Shown piece after piece: positions 35,446 through 45,172 of a stretch of 64,000 bases of DNA (the stretch's first letter is position 1; every line of letters begins with the position of its first letter). The notes below the pieces were generated by a model that saw only the letters and a program-made list of their open reading frames with translations, ran no database searches and was not told the DNA's origin. The stretch lies in assembly GCA_043228905.1 (NCBI GenBank), contig JBHGNT010000014.1, positions 13,702,001 through 13,766,000 of the forward strand, given 5' to 3'. Made by a program: the position numbers and the translations under genes. The stretch comes from Azolla caroliniana (taxonomy: Eukaryota > Plantae > Polypodiophyta).

Positions 35446-36807
35446 TCATGACATCCGCCCCCACCTAACCGCGCATCCACCGGTATGCGCCAAAATTGGG
35501 TTCTGGTTGGAGAAAACCGGCCCAGGTTCCGTTTCTTCGTCCATCGGTTCGTCCTCCGTTTCGGACTGTTCGCCTTCGCTATCCAGGCCTCCTAGATCCG
35601 GTTCGTCATCGTGGCGCTTCTTGAACGCTTTGATCCGCTTCCCTGCTACCGGCATCGCCATCCTCGTACCGTCGAGTTCTGCTAGGTGATACGTCCCGTT
35701 GTCGTTGGCGCTCGTTACCACGTAAGGCCTGAACCACCGCTTCGCAAACTTCCGCGTTGCTCGGTGCTGGTTGTCGAGACTGCTGTCGTAGACTAGCACC
35801 CAGTCGCCTTCCTCGATTTTCTTTGGCCGGAGCCGGTGCGTTCGGTCGAACCGGGCTTTGTTCTTCATCCTCGCCGTCCGAAGTCTCTCCGCCGCTCGTG
35901 CCACGTCCTCTGGCCTTCGCTCGAGCTGCCATATACGCGCCGCTAGCAGTTCTTCCCGACCCATCTCGTCTCTCCAGTCGACTGTCGCCCAAGAGGAGAT
36001 CGCTCGTTCCATCGGCATGATCGGCTTCTGTCCAAACATGAGCTCTGACGGCATGAACCCTGTTACCGAGCTGTGCGTTGTCCGGTCCGCCCACAAGGCA
36101 TAGGGTAACAGTCGTGGCCAGTTCCCGACCTGTCCTTCGCACGCCCGGACTAGCGCTTTGACGCCCGGACTAGCCCACTCCCACCGTTTGTCAAAACGGC
36201 CGCAAACTCTCTTTACTGCAGCCCAGTCGGTCGTCAGCCCGTCTTCGGTTTCCAGTAAGGAGCCAACTTGCCCCCGATCCCGAGCGTCAACCGATTTGAC
36301 AAACAGCAGGACACGACTTGTGTCCAGAATGGTCCGATCGAGCGCCGAAAGGCGCGCAAAGCGTTCCTCAAAATCCCGGAGGAGTACCGACACATTTCTT
36401 CCTTTGTTGGGGGACTCCACCCACTCCATGAAGCTCCGCTTCGAAAGTCGAAGCGCGTCATCCAACCCATATTTCTCCAGGAGCCGTCCTTCGAACTCCT
36501 CCCAGGTCTGGCTCTCCGCCCGGACCTCGAGCACCTCCGCATGGATGCCCGACATCGCCACTCGAGGGAATCTGGCAAGACGCCTCTCTTCCGGAATATC
36601 CCTCATCAACATCTCCGCCCGGTAGGACGCCAAATAACTCGTGGCATCCTTTCCACTGAACCGGCCGATCATACTGACGATCGTCTCAATAGCCCTGTCA
36701 AGGGCGCTGGTGCCCTCGCGCGAGCTCACTATCCAGTCCACGGCCGAAGCCATGGCCTCTACAGGATCCGACCCCCTCATCTTCTGCTCCTCTGCCGCCT
36801 GTTTCAC
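35446..36807 (-). CDS. Gag N-terminal domain fused in frame to gypsy integrase C-terminal region (453 codons)
   Basis: IGRFSGKDATSYL...TWEEFEGRLLEKY (Gag-like) joined to WPRLLPYALWADRTT...TGFMPSELMFG...GDWVLV...WFRPYVV (end of integrase core and GPY/F module). Confidence 0.8.
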   Translation of the reverse strand: MKQAAEEQKMRGSDPVEAMASAVDWIVSSREGTSALDRAIETIVSMIGRFSGKDATSYLASYRAEMLMRDIPEERRLARFPRVAMSGIHAEVLEVRAESQTWEEFEGRLLEKYGLDDALRLSKRSFMEWVESPNKGRNVSVLLRDFEERFARLSALDRTILDTSRVLLFVKSVDARDRGQVGSLLETEDGLTTDWAAVKRVCGRFDKRWEWASPGVKALVRACEGQVGNWPRLLPYALWADRTTHSSVTGFMPSELMFGQKPIMPMERAISSWATVDWRDEMGREELLAARIWQLERRPEDVARAAERLRTARMKNKARFDRTHRLRPKKIEEGDWVLVYDSSLDNQHRATRKFAKRWFRPYVVTSANDNGTYHLAELDGTRMAMPVAGKRIKAFKKRHDDEPDLGGLDSEGEQSETEDEPMDEETEPGPVFSNQNPILAHTGGCAVRWGRMS

Positions 36808-36820
36808 GTCGGGTTCACCA
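36803..36820 (-). promoter_or_regulatory. Primer-binding site complementary to the tRNA-Trp 3' end
   Basis: Plus strand TTCACGTCGGGTTCACCA matches the 3' 18 nt, including CCA, of plant cytosolic tRNA-Trp(CCA) as recalled; lies 4 nt inside the 5' LTR boundary. Confidence 0.85.
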
Positions 36821-38004
36821 AATATATCACGTTACTACGCGCGTGCGTGGAGAAACGAGGCTTGACCACCGGGGTCTTGGACTGAAGAGCAGGTGATAGA
36901 AGGGGAATGAGAGAGAGAGAGACGCCCTGTCACGTATGAGTAAGAAACACAGGAGCACGGCCCCTCAACACAGAAGACGCGAATGGACACAGAGACGGGG
37001 AGACACAAGTGTTTGTATATTAACGAATATCAAATACACAACAGAGCACGCGAGCGGCGACAACTGAGCAGACCGGCGAACAGATGCCGATGCCTGCTCG
37101 TCTGCGCACGAAAGGAGAAAAGGGTGGAGGAGCTGCCGAAAGCACACGGGCGTTCCTCGAAACAGCGCGAGCCTCCCGAAACCCTGCAGAGAAGAGTGAT
37201 GGAGAACGAACAGAGGAGAAGCGTTTGGTTCCGGTCCAGCAGCACTTCGTCCTCCTTAATGCGCGATACTTTCTCCCTGCATCTCCCTCTCCTTTATAGC
37301 TTCAAGAAGGGAGCCGTCTCCCTCATTTACTCCCCACCTACCGAATCTAACTACCCGGATATGCCTTTGTACTTAACCCCCTACTATATACATTAAGGGC
37401 GCGCACACGTGAAGAGCTGGTTCATGCGCGCTATGCACCGATTGCGCCAAGGGACGGTTTTCTTCACGACAACGTGCTACGTAGCGGCACTACGATAACC
37501 GATAGCCGGATTTTGTCGTCGGCGTCTGGATCACACAATCATGGAGTTGGATGGGCTTAGTGGATTTTCTAAACCACATGCTATGATACTATCTATGTTA
37601 AGAATTAGGTAAATAATTATGGGTTAATTAGTACCTAATTATGTGAATAAGCTATGCGGAAGATTATGTGATATGTGTGTGAGAGGAAGAGAGAGAAGAA
37701 GTTACACTTATGAACAACACAAGATGGGGGACGATTGACTCTATATTAAATTAGCATCATCAAATACAAAAATGCCTACAATGAGGTATATATAGGTCTC
37801 CTGTGCAAGGGTGCACAGACCACAAAGCAGGAGGAGGTTTGGTACGTTGATTCCGGAGCGTCAAATCACATGACGAACCATGTTGAATGGCTCTCGAGCT
37901 TGGAAAAACTGGACTAGCCAGGAGTTGTTGAGACCAGCGACAACACCGTGCACTCCATCAAACACGTGGCTGATGTACCGCTCAACCATGTCAGACAAAA
38001 AGGG

Positions 38005-38495
38005 TGTTAGGAATTTGTCACTTCTATGGGAGAAGTCGACAATCGAAGTCAAGGAAGAAGTTGGCAGTCGAATTGACAAGCCGAATACAGGATGGTCTGT
38101 TGGATCGACCAACGAGGCGATAGGGTTGTTGACTGGTTTTGAAGGAGATAGAGAGTCGACTATGGTAGTCGATTCTATTGGATGGATGCCTCAAGATTAA
38201 GGCAAGGCTGGCAAGTCGGGCCGACTGGATGGTCGAAGATAAGACCGACAAGTTTGGGTTGATTAATTATTATATATATTATATATAATAATAATAACAA
38301 CTACATTTGTAAATAGCCCATATTGTGTATGAGTATAAATACACCTAGGGCAAACATTATGTTTACGATGTGAGTTAGAGCTTGTGTAGTTGTGTGTAGA
38401 AGAGAGAGTAACAAAGAGTAGGAAGAGATGCGAGAGTGCATGTGAGAGAGTGAGGCAGAGTTTAGTGGAACTTGCCTAAACCCTAAGTGGGTATT
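38005..38495 (+). mobile_element. Truncated copia LTR related to family 1, nested in family 3
   Basis: Starts TGTTAG; CTACATTTGTAAATAGCC...GTATAAATA...TAGGGCAAAC shared with 4159-4214. Confidence 0.65.
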
Positions 38496-40459
38496 CGCAT
38501 GAGCTGTATTTCGGGCGCAAGCCGAATTTGGGACACCTTAGGGTGTTCGGCAACATTGGTTATGTGCATGTGTCGGACGAGAAGCGGATGAAGCTAGATA
38601 CCAAGGCTAAGAAATGTATCTTGGTTGACTATTCGCACGAGCGAAAGGGGTACAAGTGTTACAACCCTTGGACGAAGCAAGTGTGGGTGAGCCGCGATGT
38701 CGTCTTTGACAAATCTGCGTCTTGGTACTCCCTTCCACCTCCAACTCTCGAAGACTCCGAGCCGATTGTTGGAGATGCGGCCAATGAGAAAGAAGAAATC
38801 AGAACTCAAGAGGAGAGTTTGATCTCATTCCGGCTAAGTGGGCTGAATGAGAGACTAAGTCGGAATGACTAATCAGATGAGGAGACGACGAGTAGTGGAG
38901 ACTCGAACGTGCACTCCCCGCGCTAGAAAATGAGGAGACGTTATACGTGCAAGGAGAAGGGGAATATAAAGATGCTGGAGTACGACACAGAGGCCGATGC
39001 ATCGGATCAAAATGAATCCAACACAGTCAGGAGCATCGAAGATGGACCTCCGAAGATGAGGTCGGATCGTCCAAGAGGACCATGAAATCGGCAAAGTAGA
39101 AACTGCGCCAATCAACCCTCCAGAAGAACCCTGTAGTTTGGTACAGATACAATGACTATATGGCACATCATTATGCGTATATGGCAAAGGTGGCAGAGGT
39201 GTGTGAGCCAGAGAGCTATGTAGAAGCGGCGAAGGACGCGAACTGGCGTGCTGCTATGGAGACGTGGGACTTGGTTGGCGCCCCCAAGGGTGTAAAGCCG
39301 ATCGGATGCCGGTGGGTATACAAAGTTAAATATAACGCCGATGGTTCCATCAACTGATACAAGGCCCGAGTGGTGGCCAAGGGCTACGCATAGCAACTCG
39401 GCATTGATTACGATGAGACGTTTGCATCAGTTGCAAAGATGATGATCGTGTGTGTCTTGTTAGCGGTAGCCGCGGCGAAGGGAGGACACTTGCACCAAAT
39501 GGACATGAAGAATGTGTTCCTACAAGGAGAGCTTGAGGAACAAGTATACATGGTGTAGCCTCCTAGATTCCAGTTCAGATTGAACACGTCGGCTATTTTC
39601 CGACTGAATAAGTTTCTCTACAGACTAAAACAAGCCACGCGTGCCTGGAATACGAAGATCACGTAGCAACTGCATCGGATGGGGTTTGGTCCATCGAAAT
39701 TGGACTTTTCACTATTGATTGGCCGGGTCGGAATGGGCCAGTAAGCATTTTGCTATATGTCGATGATGTCGTCATCGCCGACGCCAACCTGGAAGAAATC
39801 GGTCACGTGAAGTCTCAGCTAACCGCATCATTCGACATGAAGGATCTGGGGGACGTTCATTACTTCTTTGGGATCGAGGTGATCTACAACCGCAAAGGCA
39901 TACTGATCATCCAACGACATTATGTGCTGAGTATGCTCTTCAAATTCAGAATGATGGATTGCAAATCCGTCTCGACTCCGCTAGATTGAAATGTGAAGCT
40001 TTGCCCCGAACCGAGAACGGCGTGTGACCCGACACAGTTCCAACGGATTTTCGAAAGCCTTATCTACCTGACCATCACCCATCCGGATCTTAGTTATCCA
40101 GTCGGCTTGATCAGTTAGTTTATGTTGCAACTGACGGTCGAGCACCTTCGGTGCGTGCATTGAATATTGTGATATGTGAGCGGCACCGAAGGACAGGACG
40201 TTTCTATATCGGGCAGGTGTAACCAAAAAGCTTATCAACTACATGGATACCGACTAGGCTAGAAATGTTGGCGATTGTCAATCAACTTCCGGATATACAT
40301 TTTCTTTGTGAAGTGCGGCGATCACATGGAGCAGCAAGAAGCATCCAACAGTGGCACTGTCGAGCACCGAGGCCGAATATCGAGGAGTGGCTATCGCAAC
40401 ATGCGAGGCCATATGGCTCAAGAGGCTCTTGAAGGATCTGAATATGGAGGTGTCTGAAC

Positions 40460-40701
40460 CGACAATGATATACTGCAACAACCTCAACAAAATCCAACTT
40501 GCGAAGAACCCTGTCTTCCACGCCTAGACAAAGCACATTGAGGTGCACTATCATTTTGTCCGTGAGTGAGTCCTCTCCGGCGACAATGATATATTGTGAC
40601 AACCTCAACAAAATCCAACTTGCGAAGAACCCTGTCTTCCACGCCTGGACAAAGCACATTGAGGTGCACTATCATTTTGTCCGTGAGTGAGTTCTCTCCG
40701 G
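40460..40701. repeat. 121-bp tandem duplication within the RNase H region
   Basis: CGACAATGATATA...CTCTCCGG starts at 40460 and 40581. Confidence 0.92.
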
Positions 40702-41986
40702 TGAAGTCGAACTTGTGTATGTTCCGACCGATCGACAGGTTGCCGATATCTTCACCAAACCTCTCGGCCTAGATAAGTTGCGATACTTTTCGAGCATGCT
40801 TGGTTTGCAACATCTCGACAATGTCATGCCGAACTTGAGGGGGAGGAGTGAGAACGAGAGAGAGGAGAGAGATGACGTCCGGAAGGCCGAATCAAATGAC
40901 GAATTCGATTTTGGGACGGCTGAAGAAGCCGAGGACAAATGCAAGGGGAGTGGCCAAAAGAACGAGTCAGAGTCGGAGCCAACCGATAAAGGGGAAGTCA
41001 AAGTAAAAAAAGGCAAGGCAAGTGGCATCGCCAAGAAGGGTAGAGCCAACTTGAACAAGAAGTCCATGACCAGGACATGGGCAAATGTGGTCAAAGGCCA
41101 GAAGGTGAATCGGGGATAGCCGATTCAGACAAGGTAGAAAACGAATCAGAGTCAACCGATTCGGTCGAGGAGTTTGATTTGGACAAGACGAATCATATAA
41201 AGGTCAAGCTGACAAGGAGGCAATTGATATAGAGGAGCTGACGGGTGAGGGGCGCGAATGCAGCGAAAGTGAGCGAGTGGAGAAGGACCTAAAGAGCAGA
41301 CGTACCGAATGTAGGGGTCGAGGAGCTTTGAACCAAGGGGGTCGCAGGACTGGACTAGACGAGGAGCGCAAGCTAGGCGTGAGGATGCCAAGAGGAGCTG
41401 AATGCATGGACCGGTTGAAGCTGACACAAGGAGCCGACCTCAAGTTGAGCTTGAGGGGGAGTGTTGAGCGAGCAAGCTCAACACGGGCCGGACCGACTGG
41501 ATTAGCCAGTAGGTCAAACCGGAATCGATCCAGTTGTCTAGGCCCACTTAGGCTGATAAACCTAAGCTCTGGACAGATGACGGAGCGGTTGTGGCAGCCA
41601 ATTCGGAACGTCACAACAATGAAGGCAATTAGTGCCATATGCTCTTTTATGAGCATTGAAGTACTTGATAGTACTTCTGTCAGTCCTTTGGGGACTTGTA
41701 TAAATAGTGTGCACGAGCACATTGTATGTATTGACCATGTAGATGAAGCGGTTGTGACGGCCAATCCGGAACATTGTCGTGATGTGGCGTGCTCGAGGGT
41801 GGGAAAAACCGGCGAAAGGGGGGTCAAAAATGTGCATGTGCAATGTGTGTGCACACAAAAGCGATTAATTGTGCATATGCAAAATAAAAAGGAAAAGAAA
41901 GGGTGAAAAGGAGGTATAGAAGCTCGTGCAAAAAGTAAGAGAGAGGAGAGATAAAAGGTAGAGGGGAGACAGGCTATAAATCTATA

Positions 41987-42315
41987 CAGTAGACATTCGG
42001 TTAAGTGTGTGCCCACATAAGTGCACCATTCTATTAAGTGCGCTTTTTTTATAGTGGTCAAAATCCAGATAAAAAAATTTACATTGTTTCATGACGAAAT
42101 TACATCAAACCAAGTTAAAACTATGTTCCAAACATTCAAAAAACAACGAAAGGAGCTTTTGTGGGTATGTCTATGTGTGTGTTTACGATTACAAGGTCAT
42201 CCCACAAGTTTAGTCACACAGGAACCAAGAAGTGCTATGGTAACGAGAGAGAGTCCAAACATTAAGAAAACAATGAAAGGAGTTTCTGTGGGTATGTCAT
42301 GTGTGTCATGTGTTC

Positions 42316-42355
<40 letters not shown>

Positions 42356-43218
42356 ACGATTACCTATCTATGATTTTGATTCTTGCTTAAAGAACATAAG
42401 CAAAGAATGGAAAACAAATCTTGATGATCGTGAATAGTCAAGTTTTGTAGCAATTGGCCGTGAACGCGAGCTCTCCTTCTCCACGTGCAACATATCCATT
42501 TGTTCTCCTTCTCTTTCTGTGTGTGCCTGTATCACATCTGTGTGTGCTCTTTTCTTGCATGAAGAAAGCCTCTCTCCCTCCCTCTCTCTTTCTGTGCATC
42601 TTGTTTAGATGACAAAAGTTGCAGTCGGTGATTTATCTGTTGCTCCCCCTCTCTCTTTTCTTGTCTCCTCCATCTGTACTTCAATTCCTCAAACCTGCCG
42701 CCATTAGGAAGAAAACGCAAGAAAAAATCCCATCACATGATGCATCCAAGGAAGCTCATTAGGTTTGTTGCATAATGGATGTATTTCTTAGATGTAGCAA
42801 AAAGACAAATACTGAAGGCAAAATCTAGAATCGAGAAAGAAATTGAAGAGTGTGTATGGTGAAACTAGAAACATTTTAGGTCTATTTAACACGTTAATTG
42901 ATCACTTTTCTTATCAAGAATTGTATGATTAGCATACAGAAGGAAAAATATTTCAAAAAACCCTAAAATGTTTGAGAGAAAGAAATTAAAGAGTATGTAT
43001 GGTGGAACTAGAAACATTTTAGGTCAATTTATCACATAAATTTATCACTTTCCTTATCAAGAATTGTATGATTAGCATACAAAAGGAAAATATTTCAGAA
43101 AACCCTAAACATTTCCAAAAAACCCTAAAATGTTTCAGAAAACCCCTAAGTGCACAGCTCGTTTAAGTGCGCACTTCTTCCTTGCGTTCAAAGTGCGCAC
43201 TTAACCGAATGTCTACTG
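41987..43218. mobile_element. Non-autonomous pogo/Tigger element (1232 bp), 24-bp TIRs, TA TSD
   Basis: TA|CAGTAGACATTCGGTTAAGTGTG ... CGCACTTAACCGAATGTCTACTG|TA. Confidence 0.93.
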
Positions 43219-43892
43219 TAGAGATAGAATTATACATTGTATAAGAGAGAGTTAGTGGGCTAGTGGATAGTTACATTGATTACTAGCTAGAGGTGCATGG
43301 TTTGAATCTAGTCTTATAGTGCAATGTAATTTAAGGAATTTTATTCCTTTTTCATTGAAGACAAATTTGGCGACCCCCCCTTGTTTTTTTTTCCTATAAA
43401 AGGAGGTCGAGGGGGGCTCATTGAGGAGGACATTTTGGGAGGAGGAGACTATCGCCAATTTTCCTTCGAAGCTCTTCATCTCCTTATTCATCACTTCTCT
43501 TCATCTCATACCCCTTCATCCCCCCCCATCGACACGTGCTTGTCTTCTTCGCGTCGGCACTTGAAGTGCTCGTGAGCCCAAGCTTCGTTGGTTCAATGTT
43601 GCTCCGCCTTGTTCGTCGTTGCGAGCCCGTGTGCTCGCCGTTCGGGTGGTCGTGGTTCGTTGGGATTGACATTTTGGTGGTGCTCGTGTGTTCATCTTCG
43701 CCGTGTTCGGATTTGCTTTTGTCTCTAAGGGCATTTAATATTTATGTTTTGATTGAGCTTGTGGTTAACTATAAGTTGCCATTGTAAACAAAACCCTATT
43801 TTATAAAGGGTTCTCTTGCGTTGGAATCGAACACGTATTTATCTCTTTGGTTGATATCATTCGTGTTTCTTTCTCTCCTTCTTTCTTTATTC

Positions 43893-44520
43893 GTGTCTTC
43901 CTTGTACGTTTGGCCGTCTTGTGACGAGGGGACCGTTCGGGCTTGCCCATGCACCTCTCCTCCTCATAAAGGCGTACGAGCATTTTGTGCGTGTGTTTGT
44001 GTCTTTCTTGTACGTTCGACCGTCTTGTGACGAGGGGACTGTTCGGGCTTGCCCATGCACCTCTCCTCCTCATAAAGGCGTACGAGCATTTGTGTGTGTG
44101 TTTGTGTCTTCCTTGTACGTTCGGCCGTCTTGTGACGAGGGGACCGTTCGGGCTTGCCCATGCACCTCTCCTCCTCATAAAGGCGTACGAGCATTTTGTG
44201 CGTGTGTTTGTGTCTTTCTTGTACGTTCGGCCGTCTTGTGACGAGGAGACCGTTCGGGCTTGCCCATGCACCTCTCCTCCTCATAAAGGCGTACGAGCAT
44301 TTGTGTGTGTGTTTTGTGTCTTCCTTGTACGTTCAGCCGTCTTGTGACGAGGGGACCGTTCGGGCTTGCCCATGCACCTCTCCTCCTCATAAAGGCGTAC
44401 GAGCATTTTGTGCATGTGTTTTGTGTCTTCCTCGTACGTTCGACGTCTTGTGATGTGGGAGCGTTTGGGCGTGCCCATGCACCTCTCCTCCTCATAAAGA
44501 CGTACGGACATTCATGTTTG
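43893..44520. repeat. About 106-bp tandem repeat, six copies, inside the gypsy-type LTR
   Basis: GTGTCTT...GTACGTTCGGCCGTCTTGTGACGAGGGGACCGTTCGGGCTTGCCCATGCACCTCTCCTCCTCATAAAGGCGTACGAGC units near 43893, 43999, 44104, 44210, 44316 and 44423. Confidence 0.95.
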
Positions 44521-45072
44521 TGTTATCGTCCCCTTGTGCGTTCATGTTGCGTGCTCATCTTTCTTGTACCCGTTTGGTCACTTGGCTCGTGTGGTGATCT
44601 CGGAAGGTCGACGAGTCTTGATCAACGAGAGCCACCGGCCTCACAAAACAAAGGGCAACGAGACCTTTCTCGGGAAGGGGTCGAGAAGTAGTGTTGTCGT
44701 AAAGCAAACCTCGGGTCTTCTCTATCCCTTGAGTACGCCCTAGTCCAAGACCCCCGTGGTCCCGCCCAAGTAACACATGTGCGCGAAATTTCGCGACAAT
44801 GTCACAACAATGAAGGCAATTAGTGCTAGATGCTCTTTTATGAGCATTGAAGTACTTGACAGTACTTATGTCAGTCATTTGGGGACTTGTATAAATAGTG
44901 TGCACGAGCACATTGTATGTATTGAGCATGTTGTAATAGAATTTTTGTCTATCTGGACACTCAATCTCTCTCCCTTACATTCCCTGTGTTACCTAACTGT
45001 TACACTTCTTGATAACCGACCGTGTACTTTGTCTTTAGCATATGCTTCCGCACATAAATCGTTTTACAAATT

Positions 45073-45172
45073 NNNNNNNNNNNNNNNNNNNNNNNNNNNN
45101 NNNNNNNNNNNNNNNNNNNNNNNNNNNNNNNNNNNNNNNNNNNNNNNNNNNNNNNNNNNNNNNNNNNNNNNN
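45073..45172. other. Assembly gap (100 N)
   Basis: Exactly 100 Ns, typical of a scaffolding gap of unknown size. Confidence 0.99.

Larger units (their letters stand above)
34807..37471 (-). mobile_element. Non-autonomous mini Ty3/gypsy element; LTRs 34807-35453 and 36825-37471 (647 bp)
   Basis: Two direct LTRs differing at about 23 sites by eye; PPT AGGTGGGGGCGGA; PBS next to the 5' LTR; 1.37-kb internal region. Confidence 0.93.
30678..37818 (-). mobile_element. Copia family 2, second RT-less copy; 3' LTR 30678-31106, truncated 5' LTR 37596-37818; hosts two nested gypsy-type insertions
   Basis: LTRs match 8584-9020; degenerate tRNA-iMet PBS (TAGTATCATAGC on minus, about 37580-37591); gag 34443-34754, protease 32356-33021, integrase about 31082-32400. 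Confidence 0.9.
41775..44798 (+). mobile_element. Large gypsy-type solo LTR (3.0 kb including nested MITE); flanks ACAT/ATGT, consistent with a decayed ACGT TSD
   Basis: TGTCGTG...CGCGACA termini; inserted in the second unit of a roughly 165-bp duplication in the copia LTR, whose intact first unit reads GGAACGTCAC. Confidence 0.8.
37819..45016 (+). mobile_element. Copia family 3, degenerate (PR, INT C-term, RT, RNase H); 3' LTR from 41462, interrupted by a gypsy-type LTR
   Basis: [60 protein letters not shown]; many stops; PPT GAGGGGGAG then TGTTGAG. Confidence 0.9.

Noticed and set aside
41204-42061. 285-aa minus-strand ORF as an env-like or extra gene
   Set aside because: It crosses the boundaries of three separately inserted elements and has no motifs.
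43893-44520. CRISPR array or hammerhead (retrozyme) repeats
   Set aside because: Units are contiguous with no unique spacers; the minus strand has CUUUAUGA...GAAC, not the hammerhead core CUGANGA...GAAA.
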